A stretch of DNA of 64,000 bases from Lingula anatina (GCA_051362555.1 CM120643.1:7502001-7566000), one strand, 5' to 3'; shown: positions 12,684 to 26,695, counted from the stretch's first letter. Translations and numbers: made by a program. Notes: generated from the sequence alone by a model not told the origin.

Positions 12684-15600
12684 ATGTCTACACAGTCGCT
12701 GGTAAGTTTTATTTTTTATTCAAAACTGAAATTCTGTAGCAAGTTCAATGTAAGCCCACACAGCGCCTTTTTATCCGTCGTTCATGATTTTTTATGTGGT
12801 TAATTAATATTCTAAATGAAATTCTTAAAAATTTCTTGTCACATGACGATTTGCTGATCATTCTGGTAATGGTACAAATGTACTTTACATCACAAACTAC
12901 CAAATAAAGATACAGAATTCTATGTATCCCGTTAACATGATTTCTTTAATTTATTGTACATATTGCAGATGATAGCTAATATGGAAAATGAAATAAATAA
13001 AGAAGAACAGTTTGCTCGTAAGTTGTGTGCGTGTTTGTATAATCAGACTGTATGTGTTTTATAATACAACGGGCCTAAAACTACTCTTGCAATTTTTTGT
13101 TGTTATATAAGAAAAAATTAATTTGTTCATAATAAGAAAGTAAGATATCCTATTCTTTATTTACATTAATTAAGTGGTCAGTTTGAATGTCTGTAATTTA
13201 AATATCAAAAACGATATATTGATAGCTAGTGTTTCTTGCTATTTTACTTTTTACTTTGAACAGCCAAGGCCACTGTAAGAGTTTTCTTAACCAACAACTA
13301 TTTAAAGGCCAAGGTGGTGGGCAGGGGAACTGCCCTCGGGGGATGGGACCCCCAGAATGGTGTGAACCTGTCAAGGTTCACTGATATGGGGGTCCCATCC
13401 CTCAGGGCAGAGTTTCTCCTGCCCAAGGGCTCAAATATAGAATGGAAATTCATTAAGCCACAAAATGTAAGTATGAGACTTTTTTTTTCCAAAAATAATG
13501 ATCTCAGGTTAAAAAGATTTTCTCTAAAATCGAAAAAGAAAATTTAAAGTCTGATACATTTAAGTATTTATTAAAACCTTCATTCATTTCTTCTAGTGTA
13601 TTTGATTTATCAGTGATTGTATATATTAGTAAACATTTTATTTTTCATTTTAGACATTAACATATCTTTAAGTTATTTATTTGTTTGTTTTTTCATTCAT
13701 TCATTCATTCATTCTTTAAATTTATTCAGCCTTACCACCCTGGGTCTGGCTGGACATGGGAGCCTGAACCCTTTAGGAACAGGTGCCTCCAGGTGACCAC
13801 TAAGGACAGCATGGAAGTGACCTGTACTTGGGGAGAACTGGACATGGAAATAAAAGGTGCTTGAACTCATAATTCTCGTAACCTTTTAAATCTGTCATGT
13901 ACAACATTTGGAAATCTCACTATCCTATAAAAAACTGTAGAAAAATGATGAAATGGTCCTTTAATATTGTCAAATACATTTAAGACTTTATTTTAGTGTA
14001 TATCATAACTTGTAAATAATAAATAAATGTGCCATCTTATTCCAGAGTGGGACTACATGTACAACTATTCAATCAACTTGATGCATTTTTTATCTTTTAG
14101 GAAGGATTCGTGAAATAAAATTACAACAACACCCTGACCCTGACTCTCAGGGTGTAGTCTGGACCCTCAGGGGCTGTTGACAATGAATTTGGAGACCTAG
14201 CTAATGTGCACTAACTCCATGGGAACTTTCACTGAATACAATCAGATTAACAGACTAACACACTTCTCTTTGTCTCCAACATGCTCATAAATTGGTATTC
14301 CTTAATATTCAATTCTGTTCTTTCAGGTGATACTAAAGAAGAGAACAATGTAGCAATTGTTAAAACCCTAAGCATTGAGGAACTAGGTAAGGCTGGAATC
14401 TTAGTAAAAGAAGATAATTTATTTTTTTTAAAGTCAATTAAATCTTTTAATGTGTCTTCATCAAAGTGTAATGGGCCTACTGAATCCTTTTTGAACATGG
14501 GCAGATATGGAATGTTAAGTTTGTATTTTTAAATATTAAAATATTATTAAAATATCATTTTTTCTTTAGCTGATATCAAAGACACAAAGAGTGTGTCAGA
14601 TGCTGAGGGCAGTGAGGAGAGAGGTAAGACAGTAAGGTCAATTTAACAGGTGTTCATTTAACACGCTTCAAAAATTTACACACACACAAACAGGCTCTCA
14701 GACACAAACGGGGGCAAATTGAGGCCATCTTCTGGGTCTTCTGGAAGATGGTCAGAAGATTACATTGATGGGGATTTAATTTTTTGTCAGAAGACAGTCC
14801 ACAATGGAGGATGGATCAACAAACATAATTTGCAAGACTGTCAGAAAATCTCTCTTGATCCTCCCCTTACAAACATTGTGTTTTTATTCCCTGTTCATTG
14901 ATCTAAAACTTTGAATACATCTTTGACTATGGTATTGGATCCTTGTTGTATATGGGCATGGGATGTTGAATTTGTGTTCCATTCTTTCCTTCAGTTGATG
15001 TCAAAGACACAACAATTACTGTGACAGAGTTCGTGAAGGAGAGAGGTAAGATAGCAGGGTCAATAGAACAGGTATCAATTTATAACACTGATGACATGTG
15101 ATTGTGCATGTACACACACACACACACACACACACACACCAGTTGATACCAAACTGAAAGACAAGAACAATGTAACACTTGTAAAGACCTTAAGTATTGA
15201 GGAGATTGATAAGACAAGAATCTCAGTAAAATAGTTATGACTTTTAATATACTTATGAAACATGCGTGCACACACATACACTAACAAACACACATACACA
15301 CGCACATATACACACCACAAGCATATGTTGCTCAAGCAAAGTCTTTAGCATACTTAAGAAGATAATTTATTTTTTAAGTCATTTAAATATTTGAATGTGT
15401 CTTCCATAAATTGTAATACTGAATTCTATTTGAACATGCACAGATATGGAATGTTAAGTTTTTATTTGATATCATTTTTTCTTTAGCCAATATCAAAGCC
15501 ACAAAGAGTGTGTCAGATGCTGAGGGCATCAAAGAAAAAGGTAAGACAATAAGCTTAGGACAATTTAACATGGAATTCATTTAACACACTTAAAAATGTA

Positions 15601-15892
15601 AACACACAGATGGACTTTGGGGGGGGGGGGAGACTCTTACACACAAACACTGAGTTAAAATTCACTGTTCAGTGATCTATATCTTTGAATGGGTCTTCGA
15701 CTATGTTAAATAATGTATTGAATTCTTGTTGTGCACAGGTATGAAATGTTTAATTTGTTTTCCTGTCTTTCTTCAGTCAGTATCAATGACACAACAACTG
15801 TGAAAGCAGACGTGAAGGAGAGAGGTAAGACAGTAGGGTCAATAGAATAGTAGGGTCAATATTTATTACACTGACGGAATGTGATTGTGCAT

Positions 15893-15930
<38 letters not shown>

Positions 15931-16199
15931 CTTATGTTGTGCCAACACAGTTTGTGCGTTTGGCAAGTTTAAAATAATATTGGCAGAATTGTTTATTCCA
16001 AATACTGGTAAAAGTGTTTCATTGAAACTTCATACATGAAATATAATATTGCACTGACTTATTGAACATTTTATACTTTTACCTCTTAGTAAGTAATATT
16101 GTATTATACATTTCAGCTTCAAAGAATCACCGCCAATCTAGGTGGAGGAGGGTATTGAATCTGTTCACGTCTTGCTTCAGACGGAGGGCACGAACATAA
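12684..16199 (+). CDS. CBM20 (starch/glycogen-binding) domain protein, ~265 aa; exons 12684-12701, 12969-13017, 13264-13466, 13730-13856, 14101-14151 (weak donor), 14327-14386, 14570-14623, 14995-15045, 15487-15540, 15777-15824, 16117-16199
   Basis: All GT-AG junctions phase-compatible; ATVRVFL..KVVGRGTALGGWDPQNGVNL..LLPKGSNIEWKFI..WTWEPEPFRNRCL..VTCTWG matches CBM20 (LGxW, ExKF, WE..NR, TW). Confidence 0.85.
14709..14868 (+). mobile_element. Intronic MITE of CAGGGGCGGAT family (also 47284-47449, partial 34940-35010)
   Basis: Shared TTGAGGCC.TCTTCTGGGTCTTC.GGAAGA body and GATCC.CCCCT end. Confidence 0.75.
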
Positions 16200-17851
16200 A
16201 TGGTTCTTCTTCTTCTTCGTCTTCTTCTTATTATTATTATTAATTAAATAATTCTAAACACTTCAGACATTAAGAAATGAAGAAAAGTCAGTATTTTTAA
16301 AAGAATTCATTTATTACACATTTACAGAGAAGTTGATTTTGTTTGTCTCTTTGTTTTGATGTATCATAACTAAGTAAGCATTCAGTTTTTTAGAGGAAAA
16401 CTATGTCAAACAGCTGGTAAAACTGTAAATTAAAGCAGCAAATTAATTATATCACAGCAGCCAGGAGCTGGTGGTTGAAGAGTTACTGTCAACATCTATT
16501 TACACCTAACTGAATGTACGTTTTAACTGAATTACATTGTAATATTTTCATCTTTTATTTTTCAGGGTTGTCAGTGCAGAACTATATGTATCATTGCCTC
16601 TGTAGCAGCCAGTTCAAAACTGCAAAATGTCATTCTCTTAATTTTACGATAAAATATTAAATTTTTGTAATCAGATGAGTTTTGTTTTTCTTTTCTTAAT
16701 TGAGGGTACCATTAGGGAGGGGTGATCATAGTTCATGGGAAATAAAACCATTAATTTACAAATCACAGTAAACAAAACTTTATGCATATCTCACCAACAA
16801 TGCTAGTTGAAAATTGTCAAAATTATGAATCACTGGGTATAAGGCTTAGTTTCACGAAGGGCAAAGAATAAAAAGACACATTTGCGAGTCACAGGAATGA
16901 GGTGCTTCACGGAATATTGACATTTCACGCATCTCAGAGAAATAAAAAGTGGCTTTCACAGATAACAAAATACCCAGTGGGGCTCTTTTAATTAAAAAAG
17001 TTTGAAAAAGCAAAATAAACCAATTTTTGTATAAAGGCATTTGGGATGTGATGCAAGAAACCAGCACTTGACTTTTTTTTTTACAATAAATGAAACACTA
17101 TAGTAATTACCTCATTCCAATAAAACAACATTTGATTTCTGATTTAAGTTTTAAAGTTTGAAGTTTATCTCAATTTTTTTATCAAATTCTCTATTTATTT
17201 CATTTATTAAACTTAATAAATAATCAATACATGGTACAAATTTTTAACTATATTTAAATATATACATAAATACTCATACACACATGTACCCTATCATACG
17301 GCTCAATTACTGATAACTTCTCTTTTGATTTTATATTCCAGTATGTCCATGTTTAAATACAAAAATATATATATATAGTTTAAACTCTTAGGAACTCAAC
17401 TTGCAAATAAGGATCCCGTTTTAGTTTTTTTATACATAATTATAATATTGAGAGCATTTTAACGTTTTGAGCATTTGGTGGCAACAGTGGTTACAGTGGA
17501 GGAATGGGGAAAAAACTTCTCGATGTTATTAACACTACCAGTAAAATAATTGGGAGAGAACTCCCCCAACTGGATGATATCTTGAAAGACAGAATGGAGA
17601 AAACAACAAAACAAATTATGGGGATCCCACCCATCCAGCAAGTTCTCTTTTTAAATTCTCACCCAGCAATAGCAGACTGCTGACTTTTAAGGTCAGTAAA
17701 CGGCTTTAAGTAGGTCTCTCTATGTACAGTGTTTTAATTAAACTTTTAGGCCTAGTTCATAATTTTTTATTGTCCAGTGTTTTATTTTAGTTTAATCTCT
17801 CAAAGGATAACAAATGCCTATATTTATATTTTAATATTTTTATTGGCTGAA

Positions 17852-18186
17852 GAGGCCCGTAGCTAAGGGGGGTTCGGGGGGGTTCGAAAGAACCCCCCTT
17901 TTTGCTGGAAAAAGGTCCACTCTGGGTACAATTTGACCGGGGGCGTCTCGATAGTCCGAAGGTTCATTGGTCCGAAGGTTCATTGGTCCGAAAAGTGGTA
18001 ACATTTTCATCGATTTTTTAATCAAGGGTTCATTGGTCCGAAGGTTCTATAGTGAACATTCGGACTATTGAACCTTCGGACTATCGCTACGGCCCCATTT
18101 GACCTATGTACATGGGGATTATATGGTAAAAGGTCCACTTTTTCAGAAAAAGAACCCCCCCTTTGAAATTTCTGGCTACGGGCCTG
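17852..18186. mobile_element. hAT-like MITE, TIR (C)AGGCCCGTAGC; partial copy 10031-10115
   Basis: GAGGCCCGTAGC / GCTACGGGCCTG, degenerate 8-bp flanks TGGCTGAA / AGACTGAA. Confidence 0.75.
17939..18096. mobile_element. Nested MITE with 8-bp TSD ATTTGACC
   Basis: TIRs GGGG.CGT..CGATAGTCCGAAGG, internal GTCCGAAGGTTCATTG subrepeats, exact ATTTGACC at 17931 and 18097. Confidence 0.85.
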
Positions 18187-18393
18187 AGACTGAATAAATT
18201 CTTACTTTATCCAAGGAGTTATAACAGACATATATAACTCCTTGCTTTATCTTACCATACTTGTACTATTGCCATAGCCATGTTACATGTATTATCATAA
18301 AAAATATTGTAAATAGCGGCAACAAGTTCTTTTTCTAACACAATCCCTTTGTTGTCATTTTTCAAAATGATTAAAGGATTTAAAGTATTTTAC

Positions 18394-19935
18394 AGACTGC
18401 TCTTCCCCGTTGCCAACGCTCACAATTTAGGTCTATCATTTAAAATCGAGTGTTTTATTGTATAAAATATAACATGTATAAAGCCAAATCCAAATCGGCA
18501 AATCTAGCTTTGTTTAATACTGTGCATGAACCCAAAATTATGCTATAGTATAATCAAATAGAAATATCAAGACTTCTTGAACAAGACTGATCACATTAGA
18601 AATCTCCCCCCCCCCCCCCCCTCGTCATCCTGCCCCCTTTCTACTGATACCATACAAACAAGCCACCTTCCAAACTTAGTTGAGTAGTTGTGAAGTAGGT
18701 CAAAAGCTCGGATATGCCATGTAAGGGTACTAAGGGGAGATAGGTGATGTCCTTTTGCGTTTTTTTTTTTTTTTTTTTATTCTGCCAAATTTGAGAAAAA
18801 TATCAGTATCTTTCATGGCACTTAGTCAGTATAAATTCAAATAAGTTAAGTTTCTTTCCTTTATCACGCAATTCGTCAGATAGTTAAATACAACAAATTC
18901 CTAGAAAACCTTTACCCCCTCTTGTGAATGCAAAGTGACGTCTGCAGAGCTCAGCGTTTGCCACGCTGGATGATTCTCGCTTCCCGGGAGCTGAACAGTT
19001 AACGCGGTCTGAAAAATTTTAGGGAGAGGCAGATGAAATAGAGAGGGACCGTTGCATCTACAATGTTTTACATAGTGAAACTGGAATTGTGGGCTAATTT
19101 TACTCTTTTCTTTTAAAATTCGCAATATACTCTACCTTACAGTAACTCTTTGATACCAAAATATTTTTCTGGCATCTTGATACATTTTCCCCTTCTGCCT
19201 CCCCCTAAAATGGTCCGCACTAAAAAAATCAATAATCGTATGGCAATTTTATACAGGCAATTGACCTACTTTTGAACCCATGCAGCTATTGGCGAGTTTT
19301 ATGGCTGTGGGGTGAAGACGTGATACATGTCTGTGATATAAAAATTATTTCTAATTATATAATTTACAAACTGTGTGTGTGGATCAAAATCGTTCCGATT
19401 TTTTAGCAAAAGAGGAAATTACTTCTTGAAAACGATGAAAAAATTGGAGATAAGTCAAAATCAGAAAAAAAAAAAATGCATTTTTTCTCTTATATGCAAA
19501 TTAGGTCCCCTGAAGTAATATATGACTTGCCGGAAGTGATGTTCACATCAGAGATTTGTATTGGTGATGATCTTGATGGCCTTGATGATCTTAATGGTGA
19601 TTAAAAAAAACCTTACCAAAGTTTGCAGTTGTCGTTGGCGAGAAAGAAATTTTCTGCAATAACACAATCTTTCCACGAGCGAAGAATGTATATTGCACCT
19701 GCCTCAGAGATGCGCTGCAGACGTTACGGCTTTTGTGTGAAAATCGCACGCGATAATATTAGGTTATTATTACGATATATAGTCTAGGTTAAAAAAAACT
19801 GCGTATCTAATGTTTCCAAGTGAGTGAAAATGGATATCGGTAAACCAGTACATTTTGAATGCATTTCTATTTATTTTCTATTTATTTGTGTTCGACAAGG
19901 GTGAATTTAATTAGGTTTTTTTTCTCTCTCTCTCT
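18394..19935. repeat. ~1.5-kb dispersed duplication, copy 2
   Basis: Collinear with 2908-4410. Confidence 0.9.
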
Positions 19936-20802
19936 TGCTCTTGCTCTCAGGAATATTTCAAGACAACTTGTAATCGTATAAATTGATAAGCATCAAATAA
20001 CGTGCTTCTTAATTATGTTCTTGATGCACAAATAAATTGCACTTGAACTGAATACCGCCTTGACTTGTGTTAAAATTACCTTTTTCTTTTAAAAAACAAT
20101 AAATTCTTCTCTTACTCTTTAATGCGGAAAATAGACCTATATTTCGGTTGTGGATAAACTCAACTTTGTTTGGCACCATATGTCCAGTTGGAAGCATTTG
20201 TTTATTCTGCTTATTTTGAGAAGCGGATAACATTTTCTACACAGCATTTAGTGAAAATAAAACTCAAAGATCTCTATTTCCTTCCCTGCACCACATATTT
20301 CTAAATTCAAAATAAAACGAGAAAATTTGAAAAATGGAGTAAACTTTGAGTTTTTTCTATAAACATCGCAAAATGTAATACCCGTGAAAAGTCAGAATTG
20401 TATAAGGCTTTAACTTTAAAGATTTTCTTAAAAGATTTTTCTGTTAATGTCCTGATAAGCTCTCCTTTGGAAAAACTGAAGGAAAAGTCTTCACACTGTC
20501 TTATTTGATGTAAATCTTTTCATATCGATAGCCGAATATAAATAAACATTACGATAATTCACCGCTGTAATCATACCTACTTAGAAAATACCCTTCTCAT
20601 GTGGAAAGATGTGTGACGCTTATTTCCCAAAAATCGAATTCTCTAAGTCATGGACAAAATTACGATTGTGATTGACGTTTATTTATCTGCAAATCAAGCC
20701 GGTGTGACAGGAATGGTAGTCGTAGGAATGTTAGTCCGGGATACCATATGATAAGTACAGATTTGGGTTAGTCGGAGTTAGTTGGGGTTAGTACATGGGA
20801 CG

Positions 20803-21021
20803 CGGGGCAGATCCAGGATTATTTGAAAGTAGGAAGCCGACCCTCCCCACCCCCACCCCCTTTGGCGTGAGTTTAGGGGCCCGCTGAAGGGCCCTGAAAA
20901 AATTAGGTATTTTAGAGGGCGAACAGTGCCATTTGGTTGGGTTTAGAACTATGATTCAGCTAATCAAAATTCTAATTTCAGGAGCCCCCCTCCCCCCCCC
21001 CCCCCCCTAAATCTGCCACTG
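20803..21021 (+). mobile_element. MITE family CAGGGGCGGATCCAGG..AATCCGCCACTG (also 27424-27751, 27820-27985, 39046-39290 inverted, 59538-59673)
   Basis: Shared TIRs and TTTAGAACTATGATTCAGCTA.TCAAAATTCTAATTTCA core. Confidence 0.8.
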
Positions 21022-22246
21022 CACAGGATAGCTAGAGGATATCTATGGTTTGTATTTTTTTCTTGTATTTGTTTCATTTTAATTATCCATTCATTAGAGT
21101 ATTGTGTTTCTTTCTTTTTTGATAATAGCTCGTGTCATGAAAAGTAAAAAAAAAGGTATCCAGTACAGCTAGTTGAAGGAGCTTCATGTCAGATCTTTGA
21201 AAATGGCTTTACCAGTACTTAATAGAAAATGGCTTTTGTTAATAATATATGACATTTCAAAAAATGTATATGTGAGTTACCACTGATAAAGGAAAATGCC
21301 GTAGATAATTGTTACTATATTCAGATGAAGATATGACTTTTGATTTCCAGTTAATGTGAACAGTGATCTTGGTCACTGATGTTAACATGTTTATGACATA
21401 ATTTTTTCTAATTGAAATGCAATAAAGTACTGTAAAAGACTAGAAATTGTATTGTTGTAATAAAAAATGCAGATACCTTACAGAGGGCAACAGACAGGAA
21501 TGGATTTTGATTATACTGTATGAAATAAAAAAAATCTGATGAAGAAATGTTAGGATAAGAATATTTTAACGAATGTTTCATTTGAGGTTGACATAACATA
21601 AGGGAAAAACAGAATATATTTCAGTCTGTTTATTAAATTGTTTAACCAAACGGTTTTATCTAGGATTTCAATAGCTTAATTCCTTTTTTAAAACTACAGA
21701 TTGTTTTTTTTTATAAAATTCAAAATATCTTAGACCTAAACAAGCATAATTTGCCATGATTGTCCATGAAACTTTGTCTTCTTTTACAAACTCGTATTCG
21801 ATATTTAAAAACTTGAACACAAGGGTCAGCAAAAGAAAAAGAAAATTCAGAAAATACTCAATGTAGAACTTATTATCACAGATCAATGAAGTTATTTTTT
21901 TAAATGTCTATTTAAAAGTGAATGAGATCATTAATGGCAGTATTCATTAATAAAAAAAGGAACTTTATGAGATTCCGGTCACGTTTTTTGCACTGTTGCA
22001 ATGTATTAAATAGTAAGGCAGTGTATTTGTCTATACTTCTGATCCATAAGAAATTCAAAAGGGCAAAGTTCAATACAAAATATTTTCATGATTTTTTTAA
22101 AATTTTTTCTTTAAATCATAAACATGGCATAGTTCTGCAAAGGGGATATGAGGCCTCCACAAGTCTGTTTGATAAAAGCTCTTGCACTACTTCTGGAATT
22201 GCATCACTTAGTAAAAGGTTCCACTGGCAACAGAGCACTAATTTTT

Positions 22247-23122
22247 TTAAAACTTAACAAGCTGTGTCTTCTCCTGCCTGTGAGCATCCTCTCCAGCCTC
22301 ATTTTTTGAGAAAAGTAGGCAGTAACCATACACACAAACTGCCTTCAGTGTCTGGAACACAAACAAGTCCTCCACCAGTGCCACTCCTACCAGAGCAGCC
22401 CAGTTGTACACAGCGCTGTCACTCAGCTCTCTGCCATACACAATGCTGAGATATACTGCCACAGCCATGGAGACGCCTAGCAAAATGAATGCTGGATAGA
22501 TCAAAAAGTGGGGCAACTTTCCGTCCTGCTTTCTGTTGACCATCATCTCCAGTGACTTCAGCTCAGTGTATGGCACCTCATCTGATGGTTCTGGAACATT
22601 TTGTGTGGAAATGAATTATTGCCAAAAGTATGTGGAAGTTTAACTAAAAAATGATGCCGGCTATTATATTACCCCTGTTTAACATCACAATCACTGTTTT
22701 AATTATAATAAGGGCAAGGAAGCTTATGTTGAAATCAATGCTCTAAATATCTTCAAAATGTAAGCTGAAGCTGGATAACATAAAATGCATTATCCTTTTT
22801 TATATATTTATTCTTTTTTAAAATAATTTACTGAAATGACAGACATTGATGATACCAAAATGGACAATTACCTTCCCAAATATTAACTGCTACATCATGT
22901 GCATTGTCTTTCCTCTTGCTGTTGTCTAAAATTGCATTAAACAAGGGATATGTAAAGGGAAATATAAAAAGTTATTTGTTTGAGTCATATATTGCTACTG
23001 TTGAACATTAATTAGGAAACAGTAAATCAAAATTTTAGGATGTTACATCTGTTCTACGCTATCAAAAAGGATTAAAAAACATCATCATATAGACATGTCT
23101 ACAGCATAATATAATGGCATAC

Positions 23123-23169
<47 letters not shown>

Positions 23170-26121
23170 TACCTGGGATGAGAAAACTTGGGTTGAAGTG
23201 AGCAATGAGACTGTAAAAAGATGAAACATCTGCATTTCTGTAGCTGGAAATCTTCCCAGCATGGGATTTTGGGATTTCTGCCTGCATCTCCTTTTGCATA
23301 TTTGAGTTTAGCCTAGGGTTGTTAGGAGGAGGAGCATATGTGTAGCTGGGTGTTTTCTGAAATATTGAAAATCATCCAATAATTGATTCTGCTGACTGGT
23401 AAATATAGTCAAAATATTCCACAGATGGGGACATTTATTCTGGTGGTGGTTTGATGTTGCACTATAATACCTCAATATGAGTATAATGTCTTTTTATGTT
23501 CTTGTATATACATATGTGCTTGTAAGTCAAGCCAAATATATTGTCAAACATTACAGAAATGATACAAGTGTCTGTTTTTAATTACAAGAAGGCAATACAA
23601 GTATGTCTCAAAGGCAATCCATGATATCTGTACAGGCACATACATGTATGCACAAACTAAAAATAGAAAAAAAAGTAATAAATACCTCTTTCTTGCTGTC
23701 CACATCTCCCATGGCAACCATATCTTCCTTGACAACCAAATTTTCCTTGGCAACCATTTCTTCAATCTGTGCCATAGCCTGGTGTTCAACAGTTGCACGT
23801 GCCAAATCATAGCCCTTCTCAAAGTCATAAGCCACCTGTTTCATCATGGTCTCCACACTTCCATGCACAACTTGTTGAAACCCATCACTGATTGTGCAAC
23901 TGCAGAAAAATAGAAATTATTTAATGAATCTTTTACAAATTATTCAATGAATCTTTCTTCAATCAAGAAATATTGTAAAAAATTAGTATTATTGGTAGAA
24001 TAACACACTGACTATAATTACTAACTCCATTTACACACTCAGAACATGTGTCACATAAGCAAGAAAATCTGAAATCATTTCAATACTATTAATAGTCTAC
24101 AAAATGAAACAAGTGTCCAGCCCAATACAAGTTGTCAGAATCAGTCATGGCTATGAGCAAGACCTGTGGTCAACTCCCAAAGCTAAAGACAAATTTAACT
24201 TTATTCTAACATAACTGTGAAATGAGGAGTCTTAAAATGAACACAAAATAAACTGTCTCCTTACATGTCATCATACTGGGGCTCATCTTCCAGGTTCTGC
24301 AGCACAGTGTCACTAGTGTCCTCTCTGTCATAGCACCTGATATTGTACATTGCTACATCATATATGCCATTCACAAGGAATGTTCCTATATTCACAAGGA
24401 GGCTGGAGAGGAAGATACCTCTATCAAGCTGAATGACACCAACAGCATTGAGAAGGGTACTGGTAAGCAGCATGTTTGCAAACATGTAGTTCAAGGTGCT
24501 GTTAAACCACAGAAGGACAGGGGCCAGCTTCAAGCTGAAACAGCGTGTCCATCCATGACAGGACCACAAATACAGAAGGCAAGTTTGCAGTCCAAACCTG
24601 AAAAATATTTTAATAAATTAAAAAAATCATATCAAATAACAAAGTACGGACATTTTACATGAAAATTACTACGAGTACATTCCATGTTGAAGAAAAACTA
24701 AATACTACATTAAGAAATCAGAAAATGTATCATTATTATTATTATTATTATCTTTCATATTTTATTTGTTGATAACTTGTAAAAGCAGACATTTCAAAGT
24801 ACATCATATGCTTATTTATCAATTGTGAGAAAGTCTCCAACTTACTTGTAGTTCTTACAAGACTCCAAAGTGGTGTATCCCACTGTGAGGCATCCATTGC
24901 TGCTGAAGTGGGATTCACAGCCAGATACTGTATCATATACTGTAATGTCCAGCACATTCCTTCAATGAAAGAAAAATAATAATAAAAATTCATTCAAATA
25001 TCTTTATACAACACATTTAACAATCAATATTTCAAATAAATCTGGGCTTCCATCCATCTAAACTGAGAAGCTAGCTAACAGTTTTTTTTTTCAAAAATAC
25101 ATAAGAGTATGTTAAATTGGCATTGAACTCCATCTGAACATGTAAAAATATCTACTATAAATAACATAACAATATGAATATAACTTAAACTACAGATGAA
25201 TCCAAGGTATTCAAGACACAAAGCATATTTCAGAACAATGACAAAAATCATCTTCATTTAATTTGCAGAACTTTCTTTATACAGGTCCAATAGTGTAAAT
25301 ATGTTTGTGATGTTCCAGTTTGTATTTTTAAAATTACCATTGAGCTCCTGGTCTATCACTGATGTACACCACAACCTTCTTCAGTTTTCCCAGGGACTCT
25401 GAGTTTAAAATAAAAAAGATTCACTATAATGATTAAATGTTAGTGTGTTGTTTTAGAGTACAACATGCATCAAATATAACAGAGTTGTAGTTTAATTCTA
25501 AAAATAAATTTAGTTAATACATAACAATACCATAAGAACCCTGTTTTACAAATCACCAAGAATTCCTGCATTAACTCTCTCTGAACATGCTCTGCACTTA
25601 ACTTTATGATAAAAAGTCAACATAACTGAGTTAACATGACACTTTAAGTAAAAGTAATGATATATAATATAGCCACTGACTGAGATGAACAGCAAACTGC
25701 GACCTGATGTTCCAGTTAAGACTGTACATGCTGAATTGAATGTAATAAAATAAATGGCAGTCAGCTGCTAATAATACTGTTGAATCAATATTTGCAGGAA
25801 AAGAAATTTATATGTGCTCCAAAATATTCAAGATACTCACCTTTTGTATACAAAAGAAACCATTTCTTCTGTCCTTCCCCAAGGAAATTGTGCTTCCTCC
25901 CATGTTCATTCAGATTATATTCAGGAGATACCCCCTGGTCTCCTATCAACTGCAATCTGACTTTGGGTGTCTTTATTGCTACAAAACAACATATTTCTAT
26001 AGTTTGGAATAAATTCAGTTAAACAACAACTTCAACAGTTATATACAACTGTAAGACTCTTCATTGGCCTATATCTCTATTTCTATTTTTGTAATTTTAA
26101 ATTAAATTTAATATCAAAATA

Positions 26122-26175
<54 letters not shown>

Positions 26176-26695
26176 CTTTCACACAATAATAACTAGTTTA
26201 AGCTTTTCAACAAGGATCAGAATCAACAACTTGAAAGATCTTAGCATCACTTTTACCTCTTTTCAGCCCATTTTGAACTGCTACCATGTATCTATAGTGA
26301 TGTTCACCAGAATATTTGGGAACAACTATGATACCACTCTGCTTTCTCTGAAATGATAATGACCACTATAATTATAAGGCAAAGGAAAAGAAAGGAAAGG
26401 AAAGAAATGTAAAAATAAAACAATAATTTTATGAAACTGATTACAGCAGAAACAAAGTAATTTCCAGTTCTTCATCATAATTACCTATGTTATATTTCAA
26501 AGTTATCTAACACAGAAATTCATAAGAGATAACTGTTTTTATACTTTCATGCAGACTAAATTTAAAATGTAAGTGCAACACAAAATTTTGTTTCAGTACC
26601 TTCTTCCAATTGAACCAAATAATATAACTCGTGCCGAGTAACATTATGCCCAAAAACGCAAAGATGAATGAAATTGCGAGTTTGTGGTATGCCAT
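22247..26695 (-). CDS. Short polycystin-1 (PKD1L/PKDREJ)-like protein, 542 aa: TM1-PLAT-TM2-TM3-loop-TM4-TM5; exons 26695-26600, 26347-26257, 25978-25841, 25398-25338, 24959-24846, 24597-24265, 23899-23686, 23356-23173, 22925-22872, 22590-22247
   Basis: Ten GT-AG exons, 1629 nt, no stops; PLAT motifs YRYMVAVQNG, VRLQLIGDQGVS, FLLYTKESLGKL, WNVLDITVYD; PKD1-type HGWTRCF, MFANML, LPHFLIYPAF, IVYG..NW, LFVFQTLKA. Confidence 0.85.

Larger units (their letters stand above)
17455..18205 (+). mobile_element. Rex1/Babar-like LINE 3' fragment interrupted by nested MITEs
   Basis: Aligns to 35980-36385 (GAAAGACAGAATGGAGAAAACAACAA, ATTATGGGGATCCCACCC); tail resumes as GAATAAATTCTTA after the MITE. Confidence 0.8.

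Noticed and set aside
24748-24993. Track ORF MNFYYY..
   Set aside because: Real exon 24959-24846 uses another frame (WNVLDITVYD)
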